A DNA stretch of 64,000 nt from Vicinamibacteria bacterium (GTDB lineage: Bacteria; Acidobacteriota; Vicinamibacteria; Marinacidobacterales; Marinacidobacteraceae), in the NCBI GenBank assembly GCA_963555995.3, contig OY821641.1, forward strand, positions 2,528,001 to 2,592,000, written 5' to 3'. Every line of letters starts with the position of its first letter. Positions within the stretch are counted from its first letter, which is position 1. The notes beneath the pieces are model-generated. The model saw only the letters and a program-made list of their open reading frames with translations. It was not told where the DNA came from and did not search any database. Made by a program: the position numbers and the translations under genes. This document shows, piece by piece, positions 43,568 to 53,069 of the stretch.

Positions 43568-43802
43568 GCGTTGCGCCGTGCGCGGTGCGGAGCACCGCGC
43601 GTGCCGGTCTGGAGACCGGCGTTCCAAGCCGGTGGCGCCGCGGTGGGCGGGGGTGGCGTTGCGCCGTGCGCGGTGCGGAGCACCGCGCGTGCCGGTCTGG
43701 AGACCGGCGTTCCAAGTCGGTGGCGCCGCGGTGGGCGGGGGTGGCGTTGCGCCGTGCGCGGTGCGGAGCGCGGCGGGTGCCGGGCTGGAGACCGGCGCTC
43801 CC
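43568..43802. repeat. 88-bp tandem repeat x ~2.7, each unit holding a REP palindrome
   Basis: GCGTTGCGCCGTGCGCGGTGCGGAGC at 43568, 43656 and 43744. Confidence 0.9.
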
Positions 43803-43830
43803 ACCCCCCCACTCCCCGATAATCCGCGGC

Positions 43831-45771
43831 ATGACCCGACTTGCTGTTCTGCTCTTCCTTGCCGCGTTCGCGGCTGAAGCTTCCGCGCAGCCGGAGGACT
43901 CCGCGACTCCGCGCGTGGAATGGCCGACCTGGGGCGGGGATCCCGGCTCGATGCACTACTCCCCGCTTGCCCAGGTGAACCGGGAGAACGTCGCCGGCCT
44001 GCAACTGGCCTGGGAGTGGGACACCGGCGAGGGGCCGCTCCGGGGGCCGCGGCTTCCGGTGCCCGACAACCCGGTGCGGCCGGGGAGCTTCGAGAACACC
44101 CCGCTGGTGTACGACGGGGTGATGTACGTGAGCACCTCCTACAACAAGGTGGTGGCGCTGAACCCCGACACCGGCGAGGTGCTCTGGACCTACGACCCGC
44201 GGATCACCGAGTGGGGACAGGTCCCGAACGGCACCGGGTTCGTCCACCGGGGGGTCGCGCTCTGGGAGAACGACACCGGTGACCGGCGCGTCTTCCTGAA
44301 CAGCCGCTGGCGGCTCATCTCGATCGACACCGTCACCGGCGAACCCGACCCCTCCTTCGGGGACGGCGGCGAGATTGACCTCACCGCCCAGCTCCTCTGG
44401 CCCATCAACCGCCTCCACTACACGCAGACCTCGCCGCCGGTCGTCTTCGAGGACCTGGTCATCATGGGGAACGGCGTCTGGGACCGGTTCGTCTATGAGC
44501 GCGACCCGCCGGGGAACGTGCAGGCGTTCAGCACCCGCACCGGCGAGCTGGTCTGGTCCTTCAACCTGATCCCGCAGCCCGGCGAGTTCGGGAACGACAC
44601 CTGGGAAAACGGCGCCTGGGACCGGGTGGGCCACACGAACGTCTGGGCGCCCATGTCCCTCGACGCCGAACGGGGGCTCGTCTATCTCCCGGTGGGGACG
44701 CCGAGCAACGACTACTACGGTGGACACCGCCTCGGCGACAACCTCTTCGCGGAGGCCATCGTCTGCCTCGACGCCCGCACCGGCGAGCGGGTCTGGCACT
44801 TCCAGACGGTGAAGCACGGACTCTGGGACTACGACCTGCCGGCCGCGCCCACCCTGCTCACCATCAACGTGGACGGCCGGGAGATCGACGCGGTCGCCGC
44901 TCCCGCGAAGACCGGATTCGTTTACGTCTTCGACCGGGTGACCGGCGAGCCGGTCTGGCCCATCGAGGACCGCCCCGTCCCGGCGAGCGACGTCCCCGGC
45001 GAACGGGCCGCCGAGACCCAGCCCTTCCCCACGAAGCCGGCGGCGTTCGCGAAGCAGACCTTCACCGAGGACGACGTCATCGCCTTCACCCCCGAGCTGC
45101 GCGACGAAGCGCTCGCGATCATCCGCAAATACCGCATGGGAGGGCTCTACACCCCGCCGTCGCTCGGCGGCACGATCGCCAACCCGGGGATCCTCGGCGG
45201 CGCCAACTGGGGCGGCGCGGCGGCCGATCCCGAGACCGGGGTCATCTACATCAAGGCCAACGAGTTCCCGTCGCTCCTCGCCATCACCGAGGCCGACCCC
45301 GACGAGACCGAGGGCCGCTACTGGCTCGACCGGGACCGCCGGTCCCTGAACCTGCCGAACGGGCTGCCGATCAACAAGCCGCCCTACGGCACTCTCACCG
45401 CCATCGACCTGAACACCGGCGAGCACCTCTTCCAGGTCCCGGCGGGCAACAACCCGCTGGTCCGGGATCACCGGGCGCTCGAAGGCGTGGACCTCGGGGA
45501 CGAGCGGCTCGGGATCGTGGGCGCGCCGGGGCCGATGGTCACCGCCGGCGGGCTCGTCTTCTTCAGCGGGGGCGCCGACCACCTCTTCGCCCTGGACAAG
45601 ACCACCGGCGAGGAGCTCTGGGCCCACCCGCTCGGGGCGAGTTCCTACGCGAACCCGATGACCTACGAATCCCCGGAGGGAACCCAGTTCGTGGTGATCG
45701 CGGTGGGACGCGGCACCGGCAACAAGCTGGTCGCGTTCTCGCTCGGGGAGCCGGCCGCCGCCGGCAACTGA
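43831..45771 (+). CDS. Secreted PQQ-dependent dehydrogenase (glucose/quinate/shikimate family)
   Basis: Signal MTRLAVLLFLAAFAAEASA; YSPLAQVNRENV, WHFQTVKHGLWDYD, KPPYGTL, ANPMTY. Confidence 0.92.
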   Translation: MTRLAVLLFLAAFAAEASAQPEDSATPRVEWPTWGGDPGSMHYSPLAQVNRENVAGLQLAWEWDTGEGPLRGPRLPVPDNPVRPGSFENTPLVYDGVMYVSTSYNKVVALNPDTGEVLWTYDPRITEWGQVPNGTGFVHRGVALWENDTGDRRVFLNSRWRLISIDTVTGEPDPSFGDGGEIDLTAQLLWPINRLHYTQTSPPVVFEDLVIMGNGVWDRFVYERDPPGNVQAFSTRTGELVWSFNLIPQPGEFGNDTWENGAWDRVGHTNVWAPMSLDAERGLVYLPVGTPSNDYYGGHRLGDNLFAEAIVCLDARTGERVWHFQTVKHGLWDYDLPAAPTLLTINVDGREIDAVAAPAKTGFVYVFDRVTGEPVWPIEDRPVPASDVPGERAAETQPFPTKPAAFAKQTFTEDDVIAFTPELRDEALAIIRKYRMGGLYTPPSLGGTIANPGILGGANWGGAAADPETGVIYIKANEFPSLLAITEADPDETEGRYWLDRDRRSLNLPNGLPINKPPYGTLTAIDLNTGEHLFQVPAGNNPLVRDHRALEGVDLGDERLGIVGAPGPMVTAGGLVFFSGGADHLFALDKTTGEELWAHPLGASSYANPMTYESPEGTQFVVIAVGRGTGNKLVAFSLGEPAAAGN

Positions 45772-45812
45772 ACGGTATCCTTCCGGGTCGCCCCGTCCGA
45801 GGAGATTCGCCG

Positions 45813-46337
45813 ATGCCCCTGCCCCCGCTCTACGACCCCGACGCCGTCCGGCCCATGTGGGAGGAACTGGCCGACTGCCGGGTGGACCCGCTCCACCAGC
45901 CCGAAGACGTGGACGACCTGCTGGCGAAGCCGGGGACCGCCCTCGTGGTGGTCAACTCGGTCTGCGGCTGCGCGGCCGGCTCGGCGCGCCCGGGCGTCAC
46001 CATGGCGCTCCAGCACACGAAGATCCCGGACCACCTCGGGACGGTCTTCGCGGGGGTGGACCGCGACGCCACCGACCGCGCCCGGTCCCACATGACCGAC
46101 GTGGCGCCGTCGTCGCCGTCCATCGCGCTGTTCAAGGACGGCCAGTTGATCCACATGCTCGAGCGGCGGCACATCGAGCGGATGTCGCCGGACATGGTCG
46201 CCGGCAACCTGGCGGCGGCGTTCGACGCGCACTGCGAGGCCGAGGGGCCGTCGGTGCCGCGCGAGGTCTGGGAGCGGTCGGCGCGCGAGCGGATGTGCGG
46301 CTCGAACGTCCCGATCTTCAACCCGACGTTCCGGTAG
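45813..46337 (+). CDS. BrxA/BrxB-family bacilliredoxin (YphP-like)
   Basis: VNSVCGCAAGSARPG, TVFAGVD, PSSPSIALFKDG. Confidence 0.92.
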   Translation: MPLPPLYDPDAVRPMWEELADCRVDPLHQPEDVDDLLAKPGTALVVVNSVCGCAAGSARPGVTMALQHTKIPDHLGTVFAGVDRDATDRARSHMTDVAPSSPSIALFKDGQLIHMLERRHIERMSPDMVAGNLAAAFDAHCEAEGPSVPREVWERSARERMCGSNVPIFNPTFR

Positions 46338-46359
46338 CCGGCGCGACCCCGTTTCCGGC

Positions 46360-47034
46360 GTGTCGGGGAACGCGGAGCCCGGGTTCCCGGCCTCGGCGCT
46401 CTTCCTGACCGTCGAGGGCATCGAGGGCAGCGGCAAGTCCACGCTGGTCGGGGGGCTCGCGGACCGGCTGCGGAATCGGGGCCGCCAGGTCACCGTCGCG
46501 CACGACCCGGGGGGCACCGCAGTTGGCACGCGAATCCGGGAACTGCTGCTGCGCGGCGATGGACCGCTCGCGGCGGAGGCGGAACTCGCCCTTTTCTTCG
46601 CGGCGCGGGCGCAGAACATCGCCGAGGTGATTCGCCCGGCGCTCCTCAGGGCCGAGGTGGTGATCTCCGACCGCTTCACCGACTCCACGATCGCGTATCA
46701 GGGCGGCGGCCGGGGACTCCCCGTCGAACGGATCCTGGCGGTGGACCGGGCGATCACCGGTGGTTTCCGCCCGCACCTGACGTTGTTGCTCGACTTGCCG
46801 GCAAAGAGTGGAATCGCGCGGCTTTCGCGGCCCGGTCTCTTCGGGCCTACCGACCAAGGTAAAGGCACCGACCGGATCGAAAAGGAGGACTCCCAGTTCC
46901 ACACGAAGGTTCGCGAGGAGTTCCTCCGGATCGCGCGCGAGGAACGCGAGCGGGTCAAGGTGATCGCCGCCGACCAGACGCCGGGCGCGGTTCTCGAAGC
47001 GGCGTGGACGGCGGTCTCCGCCCGGCTCGGCTAA
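46360..47034 (+). CDS. tmk: Thymidylate kinase
   Basis: EGIEGSGKST, SDRFTDSTIAYQG, DRIE. Confidence 0.95.
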   Translation: MSGNAEPGFPASALFLTVEGIEGSGKSTLVGGLADRLRNRGRQVTVAHDPGGTAVGTRIRELLLRGDGPLAAEAELALFFAARAQNIAEVIRPALLRAEVVISDRFTDSTIAYQGGGRGLPVERILAVDRAITGGFRPHLTLLLDLPAKSGIARLSRPGLFGPTDQGKGTDRIEKEDSQFHTKVREEFLRIAREERERVKVIAADQTPGAVLEAAWTAVSARLG

Positions 47035-47037
47035 GCG

Positions 47038-48135
47038 ATGGCCTCGTTCCCCATCGGCCCGCCGTTCCCCCGGCTCGCCGCCCTGGCGGCAGGCGGCCGG
47101 CTGCCGCAGAGCCTGCTCCTGACCGGCCCGTCCGGCGCCCCCACGGTGGAGGCGGCCGTCGCGCTCGCGGCCATCGTGAACAGCGCCGACCGGGACCCGG
47201 AGTCCGAGGCCACCCGGGTGCTGCACCAGCGGATCGTCCACACCGATGCGGCGGCGCAGGCCGGCGGAGCGGCGGGCGAGTGGACGGGTCCGGCGGCCGG
47301 CCCCTACCCCGACGTGCGCGTCCTGCGGCCCGAGAGCGGCAAGCCGATCCGGGTGGACGAGGTCCGCGAGGCCATCGCCGGGACCCGCACGCATCCCTTC
47401 GAGGGACGCCGCCGGGTGCTGGTGATCGAGGCCGCCGACACCATGAACCCGCCCGCGGCGAACGCGCTCCTCAAGACCCTCGAGGAGCCGCACCCCTGGC
47501 TCGGGCTCATCCTCTGCGCCGGCGGCGAGGCGGCGCTCCTCCCCACCATCGTCTCGCGCTGCCAGCGCTGGCGCTTCGCCGCGCCGACGACGCCCGAGGT
47601 GGCGGCCCGGCTCCGCGAGGAACACGACTACCCCGCCGACGAGGCCGCCATCGCCGCGGCCGCCGCCCGCGGGGACCTCCGGCGGGCGCTCGCGCTGCCG
47701 CGAGACCGGCTGCTGCCGCTGGCGGAGGAGGCCGAACGGATCGCGGCGGTGGTCGGGAAGGGAATCCCCCCGGCGGCCCGGACGAAGCTGACCGAACGCT
47801 TCACGCGGGCGGCGCCCCGCGGCCGCAAGACCGGCCAGCTCGACGAGCTGGCGACGGTGCTGGTGCTGCTCCGCGCCACGCTCCGGGACCTCGCGGCGCT
47901 GCGGTCGGGCGGCGCGGCGCTCTCCGGCGACCATGAGCGCCTGCAGAAGATCGCCGACCTCGCCCCCGAGCGCGCCTTCGCCGAGGCGCTGCTGCTCGTC
48001 GAGGAGACCGACCGCGCCATGTACCGCTCCTACGGCAACAAGCGGATGCAGTTCGACGCGCTCCTCCTCGCGTTCAACGAGATCGCCCGCCCCATCGTCC
48101 TCGCCCGCCGCCGCGCCCAGCCGACGAGCCGGTAG
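47038..48135 (+). CDS. holB: DNA polymerase III delta-prime subunit
   Basis: AANALLKTLEEP, LLPTIVSRCQ; canonical position after tmk. Confidence 0.9.
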   Translation: MASFPIGPPFPRLAALAAGGRLPQSLLLTGPSGAPTVEAAVALAAIVNSADRDPESEATRVLHQRIVHTDAAAQAGGAAGEWTGPAAGPYPDVRVLRPESGKPIRVDEVREAIAGTRTHPFEGRRRVLVIEAADTMNPPAANALLKTLEEPHPWLGLILCAGGEAALLPTIVSRCQRWRFAAPTTPEVAARLREEHDYPADEAAIAAAAARGDLRRALALPRDRLLPLAEEAERIAAVVGKGIPPAARTKLTERFTRAAPRGRKTGQLDELATVLVLLRATLRDLAALRSGGAALSGDHERLQKIADLAPERAFAEALLLVEETDRAMYRSYGNKRMQFDALLLAFNEIARPIVLARRRAQPTSR

Positions 48136-48285
48136 GCGGTTGGGAACGCCGGCCTTCAGGCCGGCACCGTCCGCCACCGGCGGACGAAACCCCGGAGTGC
48201 TCGACGGTCCGGTCGTGGAGCCCTCCTGACATGATCCGGAACCCCAGACCCGGCGCTCCGTAAACCTCCCCGAAGGAGACCACCC

Positions 48286-48840
48286 ATGACGACCGTCCTC
48301 TCCCTCTGGCTGCCGATCCTGGTCGCCGCCGTCGCCGTGTTCCTCGCCAGTTCCGTGATCCACATGATGCTGGGTTTCCACAGGAACGACGTCGGGGCGA
48401 TCCCCGACGAACGGAAGGTCGCCGACGCGCTCCGGCCCTTCGCCATCCCGCCCGGGGACTACGCGATGCCCCACGGCCACGCGAAGGAAATGCACACGCC
48501 GGATTTCATCCGGAAGATGCAGGAGGGGCCGGTGGCGATCGTCACGATCCGGCCGAACGAACCGGCGAAGATGGGCAAGAGCCTCGCCCTGTGGTTCGGC
48601 TACTCGCTGGCGGTCGGGGCCGTCACCGCCTACGTGGCGGGCTCGACCCTGAGCATCGGAGCGGAATACGGCGAGGTGTTCCGAGTGGTCGCCGCGGTGG
48701 CCTTCGCGGGCTACTCGCTCGCCATCCTCCAGGCCTCCATCTGGTGGGGACGAAGCTGGGGTTACACGTTCCGCACGATGGCCGACGGGCTGATCTACGG
48801 CCTGCTCACCGGGGGCGTCTTCGGCTGGCTCTGGCCGTAG
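48286..48840 (+). CDS. Conserved hypothetical membrane protein
   Basis: RBS AAGGAG; about 4 TMs; GC3-rich codons. Confidence 0.8.
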   Translation: MTTVLSLWLPILVAAVAVFLASSVIHMMLGFHRNDVGAIPDERKVADALRPFAIPPGDYAMPHGHAKEMHTPDFIRKMQEGPVAIVTIRPNEPAKMGKSLALWFGYSLAVGAVTAYVAGSTLSIGAEYGEVFRVVAAVAFAGYSLAILQASIWWGRSWGYTFRTMADGLIYGLLTGGVFGWLWP

Positions 48841-48850
48841 CAGAAACGGG

Positions 48851-49270
48851 ATGTTCCGCCGACGAGGCGCCGCCCGGTCGCTGGCGGCGGCCGGCCTCGC
48901 CCTCGTGATGGTCGCCGGAAGCTGCTCCATCGCCCTGGTCCACGGTCCCCCGAGCGCGGGCGAAGCGGACCACGACCCGACGGGCCGCTACGAGACCGGC
49001 GTGCCCTGCACCGCCAGCCGGACCTGGCCGGTCGTGGACGCCGTCGTGCTGCTGGCCACCCTCGTGAAGGTGGCGAACTACGGGGAGGACCAGCGGGACG
49101 AGACGCTCAGCGGCCTGCTCGGGGCGGCGGCGTTCGGGATCTCGGCGTGGATCGGGCACCGGCGGACCAGCGCCTGCCGCGACGCGCAGGCGGCGGCCGT
49201 CGGGCCTGCGATCCAGACCGGGCACCGCGGCGGTGCGACGGGGCCCACGCCTGGACCCGTCCGTCTGTAA
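48851..49270 (+). CDS. Hypothetical exported/membrane protein
   Basis: Signal-like N-terminus with Cys; CT..WPVVD and two hydrophobic helices. Confidence 0.6.
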   Translation: MFRRRGAARSLAAAGLALVMVAGSCSIALVHGPPSAGEADHDPTGRYETGVPCTASRTWPVVDAVVLLATLVKVANYGEDQRDETLSGLLGAAAFGISAWIGHRRTSACRDAQAAAVGPAIQTGHRGGATGPTPGPVRL

Positions 49271-49354
49271 CTTTCCCGCGCGGCGCACGTAGAAGGAGAG
49301 AGACCAGCGCGGTCGGCCTCACGGCCGGGCTGGTCGGACCGACGGGGAAACGCC

Positions 49355-49858
49355 ATGAAGTATCTGTTGCCGTTGTCATTGATCCTGGCGTCGGGGTGCG
49401 TGAACTCCGCCATGCGGGTCGAGCACACCATCGCCGAGCTGGACCGCCTGCCGGGCCGCGCGGAACCCGTGCGCACGGCCTGTCGCGACCAGTCCGAAGG
49501 AGCAGCGAACCATCTGCCCGTGCAGCTCCGGTCTGAGGCCGGACCGCGCGCGGCGGAAACCGCGTTCGTGGACTGCATGGACGTCATGAGCGTCTTCGTC
49601 TCCGTGGCGATGGAGAACGGGGATACCACCGGCGACGGGTTGGGAACCATCCGCAACCGGTTGGCGGGCCTCGATGCCGAATCGCTCACCGATACCTGCG
49701 ACGAGCACTACCCAGCCTGGCTGGCGCTGTGGGTTCAGGAAGGCCGCTTCCGGGTGCTGGACACCAGCGTTGTGCACGACGAGACCCTGGTGCGGTACGA
49801 GTTCTGGATGCAGCGCTGCCGCCGGGTCCTGCGCCCGGTCGCGGCAGCGGCCCCGTAG
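49355..49858 (+). CDS. Hypothetical lipoprotein
   Basis: MKYLLPLSLILASGC lipobox. Confidence 0.7.
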   Translation: MKYLLPLSLILASGCVNSAMRVEHTIAELDRLPGRAEPVRTACRDQSEGAANHLPVQLRSEAGPRAAETAFVDCMDVMSVFVSVAMENGDTTGDGLGTIRNRLAGLDAESLTDTCDEHYPAWLALWVQEGRFRVLDTSVVHDETLVRYEFWMQRCRRVLRPVAAAAP

Positions 49859-50199
49859 GGCCGCCGACCATCGGGAGCTGAAGCCGCGGGAAGGGCCTGG
49901 AGCGCCGGCTGAAGTCGGCGCTCGCAGCGCGGCGCGCAGCGGACGGCGCGACGCTGGCGCGCGCAATACCGTTCGGCTTTCGGTCCATCACCGCGAACAG
50001 CGGGACGACGTCCGCGAGCCTTCGGCTCGCTGTGCCGGCTGAAGCCGGCGCTCCAGGCCTTTCCGCCGTTCGATGCCCGGCGGGGTGCGCGGGAGAACAC
50101 GCGCGTGAGCGTTGCTCCCGGTGGGGGTTCGTGACCGGCGCCGCCGTCGCGTCGGACGGGTCCGGGGGAGGCCGCCGGGCGGCTGGTAAGGTGCGGGGC

Positions 50200-51744
50200 G
50201 TGACCCGGCGCCGCCTGCCCATCGGCATCCAGACCTTCCGCAAGATCCGCGAGGGCGGCTTCTACTACGTGGACAAGACGGCCTTCGCGCGCCAACTGAT
50301 CGAGGAGGGGACCCACTACTTCCTGTCGCGGCCGCGCCGGTTCGGGAAGAGCCTGTTCCTCGACACCCTGAAGGAGCTGTTCGAGGGCAACGAACCCCTC
50401 TTCCGGGGGCTCGCCATCCACCCGGACTGGGATTGGTCGAAACGCCACCCAGTGGTACGGCTGAGCTTCGGGAGCGGGGACTTCCGAACGGACGGACTCG
50501 CCGAGGTCGCGGAGGCGCGCCTCGAGGAGATCGAGGAAGACCTCGGGGTGGCGGGCCGCCCGGGGCTGGCGTCCGAGCGGTTCCGCCGCCTGCTCCGCGC
50601 GCTGCACCGGGAGACCGGGGAACGCGTGGTGGTGCTGGTGGACGAGTACGACAAGCCGATCCTCGACGCCCTCCGGGAGCCGGAAGTGGCGCGGCGCAAC
50701 CGGGACTTCCTGCGCGGGCTCTACAGCGTGGTCAAGGACGCGGACGCGCACGTCCGGTTCAGCTTCTTCACCGGCGTCAGCAGGTTCTCGAAGGTGAGCG
50801 TGTTCTCCGGGCTGAACAACCTGACCGACCTCACGCTCGAGCCGCCGTATTCCTCGCTGTGCGGGTACACCGAGGCGGACCTCGACGAGGTGTTCGCCCC
50901 GGAGCTCGCCGGGCTGGACCGGGAGCGCGTCCGGGAGTGGTACAACGGCTACCGCTGGCGGGGGCCGGAGCGTGTGTACAACCCGTTCGGGATTCTGCTG
51001 CTGTTCCGGCAGCGGGAGTTCCGGGCGCACTGGTTCGAGACCGGTTCCCCCTCGTTCCTCGTCGAAACCCTGGCCGAGCGGGGCCTGGGACCCCTCGATC
51101 TGGAGACGATGATCGGGGAGGAGGCCCTGCTGTCGCGTTTCGACGTGGACGACATCGGGGCCGAGGCGCTGCTGTTCCAGACCGGCTACCTCACCATCGC
51201 CGGGGAGGTGGAGGCCGGGGACAAGCGACTGTTCCGCCTGGGGTATCCGAACCGGGAGGTGCGCCAGAGTCTGAGCGCGGAGCTCCTGCGGGTGCTGGGG
51301 GCGGATCCCTCGCGGCAGGGGGCGCGCGAGCTCCGGCTGCGGGAACTGCTGGCGGCGGACGACTTCGCGGGGATGGAAGAGCTGTTCCGGGGGGTGTTCG
51401 AGGCGATCCCCTACGAGTGGCACACGAAGAGCCCGGTGGCCCGCTACGAGGGGTACTACGCGAGCGTGGTGTACGCCTTCTTCGCGTCGCTGGGGCTGGA
51501 CATCCGGGTGGAGGAGAGCGGGCGGCGCGGACGGGTGGACCTGGCGGTGCTCGCGCCGGGGCGGGTGCTGCTGTTCGAGTTCAAGGTGGTGGAGGAGGGG
51601 CCGACGGGCGCGGCGCTCGGGCAGTTGCGGGCGAAGGGGTACGCGGAGAAGTACCGCTCGCGGGGGGAGCCGATCCACCTGATCGGGGTGGAGTTCAGCC
51701 GGAAGACCCGGAACCTCGCAGCCTTCGAGGTGGAGCGCGCCTGA
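50200..51744 (+). CDS. AAA-ATPase-like protein with C-terminal PD-(D/E)XK nuclease domain
   Basis: LPIGIQTF, YVDKT, SRPRRFGKS, VDEYDKP, GRVDL...FEFK. Confidence 0.92.
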   Translation: MTRRRLPIGIQTFRKIREGGFYYVDKTAFARQLIEEGTHYFLSRPRRFGKSLFLDTLKELFEGNEPLFRGLAIHPDWDWSKRHPVVRLSFGSGDFRTDGLAEVAEARLEEIEEDLGVAGRPGLASERFRRLLRALHRETGERVVVLVDEYDKPILDALREPEVARRNRDFLRGLYSVVKDADAHVRFSFFTGVSRFSKVSVFSGLNNLTDLTLEPPYSSLCGYTEADLDEVFAPELAGLDRERVREWYNGYRWRGPERVYNPFGILLLFRQREFRAHWFETGSPSFLVETLAERGLGPLDLETMIGEEALLSRFDVDDIGAEALLFQTGYLTIAGEVEAGDKRLFRLGYPNREVRQSLSAELLRVLGADPSRQGARELRLRELLAADDFAGMEELFRGVFEAIPYEWHTKSPVARYEGYYASVVYAFFASLGLDIRVEESGRRGRVDLAVLAPGRVLLFEFKVVEEGPTGAALGQLRAKGYAEKYRSRGEPIHLIGVEFSRKTRNLAAFEVERA

Positions 51745-51844
51745 ACGGCGCGCGGGCCGGGCGCGCCTCGGGCGACGGATTCCCCCGGTGGGGGTTCCCG
51801 GCCGGTCGGCGGGCTCCGGCGCCGCTTGACTACGATAAGGCCCC

Positions 51845-52687
51845 ATGCGACGCGCCATCCTCCCCGTCCTCCTGCTCACCCCGCTCGCCGCCGGCTGCGG
51901 CGGCGACCCGGCGCCCGAAGCGGGCGGCCCGGACCCCGCCGCCGGGGCGGACGCGACTCCAGCGGCGGAGGAGGCGCTGTGCCTCGACATGGGGCCGCAG
52001 ACACCGCGGGACATCGCCGACCCGGCGGGGCTGAACACGGACATGTTCCCGCTGGCGCCCCCGGCCGGCGAGTTGAACCTCTGCAACCTCCACACCCACA
52101 CCAACGCGGAGCACAAGGGCCCGGGATTCAGCGTCTTCGTGAGCGATGCCGAGGACGGCGGCTACGCCTGCAACGAGACGGCGGATCTCACCCCCGCCGA
52201 GCTGGAGCCCGCCGAGGGGGCCTACGGCGGCGTGAACCCGGGGGACACGATCGAGGTCCACTGGGTCCACACCTCGTGCGACGCGGCGCCGGGCGTCGGG
52301 CTCGGCTCGTGCGTCCCCGAAACCTGCGAGGACCCGCTCCTCCGCGTGGAGGCGCAGGTGTTCCTCGTCGTCAACGACCCGGAAGCGCTCGACTTCACCA
52401 CGATGACCTACGGCGGCAACATCAGCGGCGGCCGGCATCAGGCGAAGGCGATCCCGTCCACCACCGGGGAACCGGTGCTGTTCCGCGGCTCGACCACCGG
52501 CCCCTCCTACGACCAGAGCACCTGCTCTCCCGTCCGGGTCACCTGGAACGTGCGGCCGCAATGCGCCCGGCTGGACATCCACTCCCTCCACCGCTGGGCC
52601 GCGTCAGGCAACGTCTTCGACGAGACGAAATCCCACGGAGTCCGGCAACTCGTCACCGCCCCGGAACTCCTCGCCCCCATCGAGTAG
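51845..52687 (+). CDS. Delta-class carbonic anhydrase-like lipoprotein
   Basis: Lipobox LAAGC; GPQTPRDI, LCNLHTHTNAEHK, IEVHWVHTSC, GSTTGP, CSP..VTW. Confidence 0.8.
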   Translation: MRRAILPVLLLTPLAAGCGGDPAPEAGGPDPAAGADATPAAEEALCLDMGPQTPRDIADPAGLNTDMFPLAPPAGELNLCNLHTHTNAEHKGPGFSVFVSDAEDGGYACNETADLTPAELEPAEGAYGGVNPGDTIEVHWVHTSCDAAPGVGLGSCVPETCEDPLLRVEAQVFLVVNDPEALDFTTMTYGGNISGGRHQAKAIPSTTGEPVLFRGSTTGPSYDQSTCSPVRVTWNVRPQCARLDIHSLHRWAASGNVFDETKSHGVRQLVTAPELLAPIE

Positions 52688-53069
52688 GTCGCCCCCCGAC
52701 GGGGCCGGCGGAACGGCTCAGGCTCGGAGCGCCGGCCTCCGGCCGGCATCGCCGACCGCAGGAAGGCGAAACGCACGCCGCCGCCGATTCCCATGGCGCG
52801 GTCCCAACCGGGAACGGGCGGCGCCGCCCGAAACGAGCCGATGTGGCCCCGTTCAAAGGGAGGAGCGCTGTCAGCACGGGTTTCGCGCTCCCGCGCGATG
52901 CCAGCCAGAGGCTGGCGCTCCGACCCGGATCGCCCGTCGAACCCCGCGTGGGTCTTGCCACAGGCTATTGAGCAAGGGCCGCTCGGGGAGAGCGGCCCCT
53001 GAGCCGACAGCACGCTGCCGGCGGGTAGCTATGCGGAATGGTGCGCCAGTCGGAGCCGCGCGGCGCGCG

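Noticed and set aside
45813-46337. BrxA/BrxB as part of a BREX defence system
   Set aside because: Name collision only; the CGC-motif protein is a bacilliredoxin and no pglX/pglZ/brxC is present.
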